The notes under the pieces were generated by a model. That model ran no database searches and was not told the origin of the DNA. It saw only the letters and a list, made by a program, of their open reading frames with translations. DNA of 64,000 nt, taken from assembly GCA_905178155.1 (NCBI GenBank), contig CAJINV010000006.1, forward strand, positions 1,489,876 through 1,553,875, read 5' to 3'. Both the position numbers and the translations under genes were made by a program. Below are positions 50,701 through 61,500 of the stretch, piece by piece (positions within the stretch are counted from its first letter, which is position 1; each line of letters opens with the position of its first letter). This DNA comes from Amoebophrya sp. A120 (lineage: Eukaryota; Protista; Dinoflagellata).

Positions 50701-53700
50701 AATCTGCATCACAGATTTCCGTTTTGACATGGGGAGGGGGGATTTTTCCTTTCGATATCGGGAAATCACGCGCGAAGGAGAGAAGGCAATTGCAGTTGCA
50801 GGCCCGTGGGATGGCCGTTTTCTCCAGTGACGACGATGACCATGAGACGCACTTGCACCACCACGATCATGACCACGACGAAGACGCGGTGAACATCATG
50901 CACATGTCGGTGACGGCGGGAAGCCGGAAAGTTTCCGAAGCGTTGGCCCAGGCGAATTTGAGTATGAGTTCAAACAAAAGCAAAGAGTCCTCCAACGACG
51001 CAACTGCGGGAATTGTAACTGCGAGCGGTGGCACAGGCACTAGAGCCACAGCAAAATCGATGGCAAAGTCTTCGTTCCGAAGCAATGCGTCGAAGAAAAG
51101 TAGTGCCGCGGGAACATCAAATAAGGACGAAATGCACAAAACCAAGAGCAGCGCGTCTTTAGGTAATAGTAGCAACAAGAGCGCCGCGCGAGACGAAATT
51201 CCGCCTGGTGCTGGTTTTGTTGCCTCCGACCAAGAAGTAGAAAGCGACCTGTCCGACCGAGAGGCGAAGGAAGATTTAGCCGATTGGATGGCGAAGGATT
51301 TCCGGGTGGGAAAAGCCTACGCGAAGAGACTCGCGGAGCAAATCTACACAAAAAAAGCGATCAACAACTCGTTTCAACAAAATTCCTCGAAGGCGCATCA
51401 GCCGGTGCCCGGAGTGGTTGGTGGAGACGTCGGTGTCGAGGGTACTACGAGTCTGGGTGTTGCGGTTTCCCAGTCCTTCGTGGTTCCACCTGCGCTGCCT
51501 AGCTCCACGTCGCCCACAAGGCAGTCCGCTGCGCAGAACATTGGAATGTCAGTGAACGCACTAGCAAATCACCGCGCAACACAACAGCAAGAGCATGAAA
51601 ATGCCGAGCACATTGTGATGCCGAAATTGAAAAAAGACACCGAGCACATGAAGGAGCACGGGCTAGATCCGAAGAACTTAACCGTTGGGGAACTCAGGGA
51701 GAAAGTCGCCGAGAAACGAATGAAGGAATTGAATGTACAAACGCGGGAAGACGAGAAAAACAAGCCGGGGTTCTTCAAATCCTTTTTCGGGAAGACTCTG
51801 GATGTGTTTTCCTCAAAGAGGAAAAACAAGCTCGATCCAGAGGGAACAACAGCAAATAAACTCGCCGGGATGAAAAAAGAGAGGAAAAAGAAGAAAAAAC
51901 AGTTTGGAGTCGAACCAGGGAACGCCGATTACACCATCATTTCCATTCCCGAGCAACGGTACGCGGAATCGATTTTGACCGTGACTGGAAAAATCCCGAA
52001 GCTGTACGCGAAGAGGCTGGCGAAACAAGTCGCAGATCCGAACAATGGGAATGAGCAGCTGATCAGTAAGCCGAATTACGTCGTGAAAAACAACAAGAAG
52101 GAGATGAAAACTACTAGTAGTAGTGCCGTGGGTAAAAATAATAAAGATTATCGTCCTTCGCAAATCACGACAACGACAGTCATCAGTAAGAAAACGGGAA
52201 AGGAGCTTACCAAACTGGTTGACCTCAAAGCGAACAAGAAGGCGTACAACTCGATGAAGAAAATTGGGTTTGATTTGGAGAAGGATGGGGACTCTTTAAC
52301 CATCGGGGTTCTGCGCAACTGGATTAACGCGGCCGAAGCGGAGCAAGACGTAAACCACAGTATCGACAATCAGCACGGCACCAGTCCGCTTTCGAGGAAT
52401 AATCACTCGTTTTTGGGGCATTTGTTACGCTCTTCCGCTGCGGCGAAAACCGACGGTTTGGCAAACGTGGAAATCCATATTCACGCGAATTTGTCGAACG
52501 CGTCGACCCTGAAACCGGGCGCGAGTGTGTTGGACAGTTTTAAAAATATGAACACGACGATGAAGCAACAAAGTCCATCTTCTTCGAAGAACATGTTGAA
52601 AGGAGCTGCTTTGCCTTTGAAGGGTCAGAAAACGGCGGAAAATCTGGGCGCAGGAGCACTAGTTTCTGCTCCCGCGGCTCAGGGAGATGCTCTTAACGTA
52701 ACTTCTTACCCGGGAACAATCATCGACCAATCCCCGTTAGCCGACGCCGTGGCCTCCTCTCTGTTCCGCCGCGCGGGGGCAAAATCTGCTGGCGACAAAG
52801 ACCCAAATTCAAACAATTACCGCCCCGCCGGGGCAAGTGAGTTGGAGAAAACCTATGGAGTCTACCAGATGGAAGTCGCTTTAACAACCGCGGGGTTTAC
52901 GAAAGCATCGGCGAAGAAACTGACGGTATGAAATGCAATTATGTCTGGGTCTGGAGAAGTGGAATCTGTATTGCGTGTCTTGCACTCCTGTAAAATCTGT
53001 ATTGCATGACCACCAAAGGCGCGAACTCTTTGTCATGCGAGAACGCAGTTTCTCATGCGCAATACACATGGACATGAGGAAGCGTCCTGAAAATTTGTCA
53101 TGCTTGGCAGCATCCAGGAGTATGCTCAGTCATCGCCACTTAGCATCGTAAGTTTCCAGACCCAGACATATTTGCAATGCATAGACGGAGAAGTTGATCG
53201 ACTCAAGTATTCCCCCAGATACAAATCTGCTCGCAACAGCGGACACGGAAAGCAATAAGATCGAGCGGGTTTCCACGGCGAAGAAGTCGGAGTTTGAGCA
53301 GCTGTTATCGTCCGCGTTTGGGATGATCACCGGGACAGCTTCAGCTGCGGAAGATGAACCAGATAAAGAAAAGCCAGTCGTTGACGAAACGGTCCAACAA
53401 GAAATTCGGAAATCCTCGTTAGCTAGATTGCAGTTCCAAAAATCCGCGATCACGATACAGGACGTGCGGGACAAGCTTTTCACGGAAATAAAACTGAAAA
53501 ACCAGGAAGACACGCTGCTAGCGAACATCCCCGTGGATTACGAAACGGCAGAGATTTCCTTAGTCTCCGCTGGGTTCGAGCGGTCAATCGCACGGAGGTT
53601 AGCGGTGCAGGTGGCGGACCCAACGGTTTACGCGGAGGAATTGTTGTTCACACACGAGAAAAAGGAAGTACAAGTAGTAGGAGAGCAGCAAAACGTACCA

Positions 53701-56700
53701 GTTGTTCCAGATGTTGAAGGTGTAGTAGTATCACCACCGCCACCGCCAAAACTCGAACAACCATCTTCCTCGTCCCCCGCAGCCGATCTCCTTGCCGCGC
53801 ACATTACCGATGGGAAGAGGATTCTCCAGAAGATGGGGCTCGGCTTGGAAAACGAAACCGTCGGCAGGTTGCGGAAGTACTTGAACCAGTTGATAGAAGA
53901 GAAGAAAGTGGAGAAAGCGGCGGAAGACGTTTTGCGAATGCAGCAAGAGAAAAACGCCGTGGCCATGGGAATTCTGCCGGCGACAGCGGTGTCACAGCAA
54001 CAGCTGCAGCACCCACCGCCTGAAGTGACTGGGACTACTACACCCGCAGGAACGGCTGAGACGCAACCGCTCATCGGAGTGGGAACATCAACTACTGCCG
54101 CCACGACCCCGGGAACAGCAGCAGCTGCCACGGCATCAGCAACTACTTTTGGTAGCCCGCACCAGCCCATCACTGGTAAGGAAGCGTACCGGGCGCTTGT
54201 AGCAACCGGATTCAGCAAAAAAGGCGCTACCATGCTCGCGAAAACCTTGTTACGGAAAGCCGGGCTGGATTTACAACCCGATGAGTTCGAACTCGCTTTG
54301 CGGGATGGGCTGAAGCAGAAGGCGAAGGAAATGAAAGAACTACGGAAGTTGAACACGAAACAGATGGGGCTTGGGTTCTCGTCTGGGGGAAGTAGTAGTA
54401 CGACAAATATGAGCTTGGGGGCGACGAATAGTTCTTCCTTCAAGAATGCAATGCTGGGACGAACATCAGACGGGGGCCCTGACACTGCAGGAGCTACTCT
54501 CGCTGGTACAGGAGCGCCTGCTACCGAAGGAGCAGATGTCCCCACGACCACCGAAACAGCAGCAGCAACCCCACAACAAGCCGCCGGCGAGGGATCAGCA
54601 CAACAGCGATTTTCGGAAGCGTCCATTCATAGCATTTCTAGCACGGAATCGGTGGAACGGCAAACAAGGCAGACGCAGAGCAAGTTTGGGGTCCATATCA
54701 AATGTAAAACTGTCTGGGTCTGGAAACTTGTGATGCTGGGTGGCGTCTCATGATGAGGCCACAAGTGCAGGCTCAGCATGACAAGTTTGTGACGAGCTTC
54801 TAGGTGTTGCCTATTCTGCATGGCAAACTGCGTTTCTGCATCACACAAAAATGGGGCTCTTGGGTAACGTGCATGACAGATTTAAGAGTCATGCCAGACA
54901 AGCATGACAAACATGCATTCTTCCAGACCCAGACACTTTTGCCTTTGATAGTCCAAAGGAAGACGCCGGATAGTGCATCTTTGTCCCGCAAGAAGCTGCA
55001 GCTATCCGGAATCTCGGAGCAGGGAAGTACTGCACCAGCGCATGCTATGGATGTGTCAGGATCGAAATCGACGAAATCGAAATGATTTGTGATGCATATA
55101 TAAAATGCAGGGCACGGAAGGCCTGTATTGGGGAGCAGGCAAATGAGACCGATTGCAAGCCTGTTTAGGGGTATGCAATGTGCTGCCAGAGTAGCACGAC
55201 AGGAGGAGTCTTCTTTGCCCAAACAGCATGACAGACTGGATTTGGGTGCTCCCGAAATTCGTCATGCGCCACCCCGCAGCAGCACAGTCTGTTTATGTCA
55301 TGCGCCACTTGGAAACTGAGGCTCCAACTGACATCGATTTTGTGCATCGCAAATTTTTCGATTTTGCCGATTTCGATTCTGACACTTCCATACATGCTCC
55401 TTTTGCGCCCGAGGGTGAAGCTTTAGAGCAGGAGGGTAACGGAGGTCCACTTTTGCTAGAACAGTCGGGCGAGCAAATTATAACTGCAGATGCGGAAGGC
55501 GAGCAGGTGGTGAATAACGCACTATCTCAACAAGATCCTTCTCTCGTTTCCTTCGGAGACCCAAATGAAGCTGGGGCTGGTGCAAGAACTGCAAACACGA
55601 ATCAAATGAACGCCTCCAAAATCATCATTTCTGCGACCACTGGCACCGCCGTGCAGCAAACCAACCCGGACGAGGAAGTTTACACCGAGGAGGACTTTCA
55701 GCGGGACCTCGCGCTGTTAAAAGCGTTTCAGGGGTACGGAAACGCGCAAACATCAGAGGCAATCAGCTTGGACGCGATTGTTCGGAGGAAGCAAACGGAG
55801 CAGAAGGTGGAGATTAACTTGTACAAGTTGCGAAAGCAGAAATTGTTTCAAATTGATTCCACGAGTTCTGGGATGAAGAAGAACAAAAAGTCCTCCTACA
55901 CGTTCGCGCAAGCCCGGGCGGAGAAGAAATTGATCGAGACCTTAGGGCTTACCCCGGAATTCGCGGCCTGGGTGGTCAAGGAAGTGGCACTTTATACAAA
56001 CTTGGAGAAAGAAACGACCACGACGGCGAAGGAAAATGTTGCAGACGCAGCAAGTACTACAACTCCTGCTGTAGGTGGCGCTGCACCTGATGCTGATTCT
56101 GGCTCGTCCCCTCCAGGTACAGCAGCAGCCGCAGAAGTTCTTTCAACAAGGCAAGGGTCAAAAGAACAACAACCTAAAGGTGGTTCTTCACACGGAAAAA
56201 GCGCACGTCACCACGCCGCCTTTATGGTGTCCCACGAACAGACAGGGTCAGGCAATGTTGCAGCCACAACAAGTACAACTTCTGCAATAGGAGCGGCTGC
56301 AACTGGAGGTGCTGCTGATGGCACTAGCAATACAAATCCTAGTACCGCTACTTCAGACGACGATGACGATGACATCGGCTATTCCGATAGCGAGGAAGAC
56401 GATAAACAGGAAAACAAATTCGTCGAGTTCGACATCCACATTCTCAATGAACACGCTTCCTGCACGCACAAGGACCACGAGAAACTGGAGGATATTTACG
56501 ACCATTGTGTTCCCCTCGGACACGAAATTCACACGTGGGACGAATTTCAAAGTCTCTTAGAAACGGCGATCGCGAAGGAAGAAGCGATATGAACTGCAAA
56601 AATGTCTGCGTCTGGAAAGTTGTAATGCTTGGCTGGGAACAGTGAATTCTCTGTAATGCACAGCCTTGCATGAGAAAGGTCTGCGCTGCTTTGTGTTGCG

Positions 56701-57089
56701 CTTTCTGCATGACAAGCTGCGTTTTTGCATGACAGGCAAGATGAGGCCCCTTTCCTGCTTATGCATCACAGATTTAAGAGTAATGCCAGACAAGCATGAC
56801 AAACGTGCCTTCTTCCAGACCCAGACATATTTGCATTCTATAAGCGAGAAAGGCCGTGGAAGCGGAAGCGGTCGCGACTTTTACGAGCTCGATGTATGGA
56901 AGATCGTTTGAAACCATTGCGAAAAACCAGGAGAGGCAAAAGATTCGGAAAGAACGGGAAACGAGGAAAAATAAACCGGACTGCTGCTACAGTTGCTTGT
57001 TTTGTCTGTGTTGCTTTCGGAGGAACAGGAAAGAGGAAACTATTGGTCCTAAAACGCTGGGAAGGAGGTCGAAGAAGAAGGTCGAGTAG
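47780..57089 (+). CDS. Large unknown single-pass membrane protein (~2366 aa) with signal peptide, one TM segment and repeated helical modules
   Basis: Exons 47780-49220, 49494-49755, 50015-50152, 50375-50441, 50763-52926, 53189-54695, 54956-55045, 55398-56587, 56848-57089 (7101 nt, one continuous frame after 8 excisions). Hydrophobic N-terminus, TM LCFVSLILCLIGGAGLVILTFVCC, C-terminal Cys cluster. Confidence 0.78.
49221..49488. mobile_element. Introner, family A
   Basis: TIR; DR GGAGC/GGAGC. Confidence 0.92.
49756..50009. mobile_element. Introner, family A
   Basis: TIR; DR ATTAA/ATCAA. Confidence 0.88.
50153..50369. mobile_element. Introner, family F
   Basis: GTTACAGTTAC / GTAACTGTAAC TIR core; DR ATCAA/ATCAA. 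Confidence 0.9.
50442..50757. mobile_element. Introner, family D
   Basis: TIR; DR TCGGG/TCGGG. Confidence 0.9.
52927..53183. mobile_element. Introner, family A
   Basis: TIR; DR GACGG/GACGG. Confidence 0.92.
54696..54950. mobile_element. Introner, family A (reverse orientation of the 10065/44921 subfamily)
   Basis: TIR; DR GTCCA/GTCCA. Confidence 0.92.
55046..55392. mobile_element. Introner, family E (TATGGA..GTCAGG..GAAATCG)
   Basis: TIR; DR CATGC/CATGC. Confidence 0.9.
56588..56842. mobile_element. Introner, family A (reverse orientation of 8628)
   Basis: TIR; DR AGCGA/AGCGA. Confidence 0.92.
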
Positions 57090-58549
57090 AAAAACGAGTC
57101 GACAAGCAATAATTATTCGTCTTCTCCGGTGAAGACAAAATCTCGTGGTTGTCAGAAGATTTGGGAACAACCATCGTGATCTACTATTTTCGTTCATGAC
57201 ACTTCATTTTATCATTTTTTGTATTCATGGTAACCAAGCAGGTAACACACTCTAAACTTTGATTTTGATAATTTTACGCTTGTTCATCAGGTGCAATTAT
57301 TTATTCTTTGAAACAAGAGCTATCAGCTCAGCCAATTCGACATATGAGTATTCAATAAATCAACTATGTTCATCGCGTTTAACTTTTTACAAGCATAGCA
57401 ACCATTTTGATTTAAATTCCATTACATGTCTTTGTTTTCAATTTTTAATTTTAACATTCAGTCGCATGACAGTCACAGTACCAGTAACTTTTGTTCTTAT
57501 TTTAACATTCAGCATAAACTCGTATCTATTTGAATCTTTCAACCACGCAACACTCTCCCGGTGTATAGCAGCTCTTTAGCAAGGCCCCAAACAAAATTTA
57601 AATTTAGCGATCAACATTTTATCCCCCAACGACAGGCAGCTGTGTTTATCACGTCAGCAAGCTCAGGCAAAGGCACCCTTTAAGAACTTGCGAAGCTAGA
57701 AAGTTAGTGCAAAAATCATTTTGGAGAGGCGGCATAATTCATCCGATGACGTGCTTGATGTCGTGGTACAGCAAGACATGCATGCAGCTAACTGTCACAC
57801 GTAGAAAATCCCCTTCTTTCAGGAAATCAGTACCTTTCACATCGTCCTTAGCCCCCCTAAGGATGAAATGCAGAAAATGAAAATCATTATAGGCACAACT
57901 TCGCCGCACCGCCAGTGCCCCCGTTTTCAGACAGAAGTAAAACGGTGGAGGTTTAGAAACCTCTTTCGTGCATCATCAACGAACAGGGTTGAGTAGGGTT
58001 CTGTGTACTTCTTGTGAGGAACGCGCAGCTGACGCAGAAACAAGAACTTCTTGTTGTGGGAAGTGGTCCTACCTCCACGCCTTAACTTGTATGGCTTCAT
58101 CTCATTCCATTCGTCGACATGATCGTCTTTTCGTCCTCTCGTACTTCCGCGTTTGAAGTAAAAGCACTCCTTCGTGCATCATAGTGGTTCACCCAAAAAC
58201 AAAATCGTCCAACAACGAAACTAGTACGCTCGTCCGTCGCGTGGTCAGCACCTTTTTCGTCCGGACAACCGTCGTACGCAGATCGTCAACACGACACTGC
58301 TCACGACACCAGAAATTACTCAAAGTAGTACGCGGATCGTCACACTAAAATGAAATTGATGGTGCCACCATGATGCCTTTGGTCACCAATGTCAGGACCA
58401 TTTCGAACATGATATGAACAACCTGGTATAGTTAAATGCAATACCCGCACGTTGCCCTTTTGGAATCGGTGGAGAACAGAATTCGTTATTTCTAGATTGT
58501 AATTTCATCGTCCCCGCGCCGGCCGGCCGCCACCTGGGAAAAGATAAAG

Positions 58550-61500
58550 ATGCGGTTGAGAAATCCAAGAACTTTCTGGTTCTTACCGGCAATCATCTCG
58601 TTAACTTCACCAGGCTGTACCTGTACGATGAAGCTGCTCACGACCACAACCTTCTTTTCCCTCGTTGCAGCAGGAGCTTCCGGTAGCACGACGGCGGATC
58701 CGGACCAGCAGCAGCAATTTCCGGATGATGATGAGACGCTTATTCTGGGAACACAAACCACCATTACAACTTCCAGTACGTTTCTGCGGCGTGGGTTGAT
58801 GAAAGTAGAGGAAGCATCTTCGGAGACAGAGGTTGGAGGGGACCCAGAACCTTCTACTGGGACGAGAAAGTACAGCCGGAGTACAAAAAAGCCCTTGTTC
58901 AAGCCAATTGACCCCAGCAATGTGCTGCAGTATCACGAGCGGTTGGAACAACAACAAAAACAACAAGACAAGCTGGAACTGCGCGGAGCAGGAGCAGGTG
59001 CCACTTCGTCCGCAAAAAGCCTGTTGCAAAACAAAAGGACAAAGGTGAAAGACGAGAATACGTCTGCATCTCGAACAGATGAGAGCGGGACAAGAAATCA
59101 GGACCAGCTGGTGCAAATAGAGAGGAAAACGAAAGTGACCAGTTTGTTGCATAGTGGTAAGAACCCGTTGAGCAAGCTTCTTTCGAACAAGAAGAAGAAA
59201 GTGGACGAAACGACTAGCGTCCTGTTGGAACTACAGAGACCTCCTGTGACGCAACAGCAACTACAGGGTAGAACAAGAAGCGCCATAGTCGTACCGAAAA
59301 ACCAGCGGAACGGCGCTAGGAACACGGTAGTTACTACCACGAGCCGAGCTGGTGGAGAACCAGCACGACTTTCTCACCTGCAAAAACAACGAAGATCCGC
59401 CATTTCAACAAGAACGTCCACTATGAACTGCAAAAGTATCGTACTAGTATGAATTGCATTACAAATTTGCTCAGCATGAGAAATAAAATTTGTAATGCAG
59501 ATTTGCCTTAAGAAAAGGATTTGTAATGCACGCCTTGCATTTATACGAATACGATACTTTTGCACAGCATATCCACGCAAGAACTACAACATCGCAAAAA
59601 AATATCAAACCACGCGGAACATCAACAAGGATCATCCGCCCCGCCAACCACGGTGAAAGAGGCTCTTGAATCCGTAGAATTTTTCCTCGCCCCGTTAAGG
59701 GACAAGCTCGAGCAGGAAATTTTCAAAAGCTGCACAAAACCCTACATCGAAGAAATAAAACGGGTCTACCAGCACGCAGTGACGCCCATTGAATCCCTCG
59801 CGATTAAGAAGACGGAGGAAAATCCAATAGATCCAGACGCGAGGTTGGAATTGGAACAGAATTTAGAAGAATTGGAAACACGGAGAATCTCCTACCTATC
59901 CCCACTTTACGATGTGGAGAGCTGTGCGCAAAACCTCCAGACTGATCCGAACTGCCACCAGAAGAAGAAATGCAATGCAAAAGCATCGTAGTAGTATAAA
60001 TTGCATTACAAATTGGCCCAGCATTACAAATTGAATTTGTAATGCTGATTTGCCTTGAGAAAGAGATTTGTAATGCATAAATGCAATTAGTACGAGTACG
60101 ATACTTTTGCACAGGATAGAAAAAAATTTCCGACGAATTTCTCAAATCTTCCACGGCGGACGTGTCTGTGGATTTGTTATCCGGAAACACGGTGATATGG
60201 AAGCGTCAGGTTTGAAATCGACAAAGTTGAAATGATTTGTCATGCATAAAATGGATACCAGTTGGAAGCCCAATTTACAAGCGGCGGATGACGAATTTTC
60301 CGAGCACCGGAATCCAGTTCCAGTTTGTCATGCTGTTTGGGCACAGACGACTGCTTTTGTCATGCTCCTTTAGCAGCTCTACTTCAAACCCTAAACAGGC
60401 TGACACGCGGCCTCGCTTGCCATCCCCGCAAGACAGGCTCTTCATGCCTTGCATTTTATGCATGACAAACCATTTCAACTTTGGCGATTTCAAACCTGAC
60501 GCTTCCATAGGTGAGTACCCAGAACCCGGGCTCCTGGCCGGAAAACACGATCATCGATTTTGGAAGAGCGGGGAGGATATGCATTGCAAAAATGTCTGGG
60601 TCTGGAAGAATGTAGGACTTGTCATGCTTGTCTGGCATGACTCTTAGATCTGTGTTGCGTAAGCAGGAACGGGGCCTACCCTAGTGCCTGTCATGCAAAA
60701 ACGCAGTTTGCCACTCGGAAAATGAAACACATGGCAGTGCAAAAACTTGTCATGCTTGGCTGCATATTGTAGTGCGCCCACCATTCAGAGATTTGCGTCA
60801 CAAGTTTCCAGACCCAGACATATTTGCATTTGATAGAGGACGACGGATGATAATCTGGAACTGAAACGGCCGGGAATCAAATCCGTGCAGCAAGTGTTCT
60901 ACGATCTTGGAACTACAGAAGCAGCAGCCGGCTTGAAAAACCTACCGAACTTTTTCGATCCTGAGAACATAGACGACGAAAGTTTGAAGGTTATCACAAG
61001 CTCCACCACAGTCTCAATCGAGACGCCACTGGAAGAAGACTACGGAAAATACACGACGTACGAAGATTTTTACGACGAGTGTGTGAAGTCCAAAGTCGCG
61101 GAAACTTTTGTCAGTTTGGGAAATACAAAAGATGCGGAAAAATCGGAGCTGTTTTTGGAAAACTTGAAGCAAAACCTCGGATTTCTTACCTTCGGTATGG
61201 AAAAGGACGGGTCTGTGGTCCAGTGGCCGAATGTTGGGCAGGTGACAGACGGAGTGAATACAGTAGGTGCTGCCCAGCCGGATGCGAGTGCGGTAGAGAA
61301 AATCACGCCGGAACAAGCTGTGCAAAACCTGATATCCTGTGCAAAAGTATCTATACCTGTAGCAATCGCAATCATGCATTACAAACTTCCACCCCAAGGG
61401 AAAAAAGCATGACAAATTTCATTTGTCATGCTGAACGAATTTGTGATGCGATTTCTACTAGTACGATGCTTTTGCAATGCATACCTGATTGTCGGCGGCG

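Noticed and set aside
53628-54626. Minus-strand ORFs opposite large exons (e.g. this 332-aa ORF, 43739-44089, 20361-20849)
   Set aside because: Antisense shadows of low-complexity + strand coding sequence.
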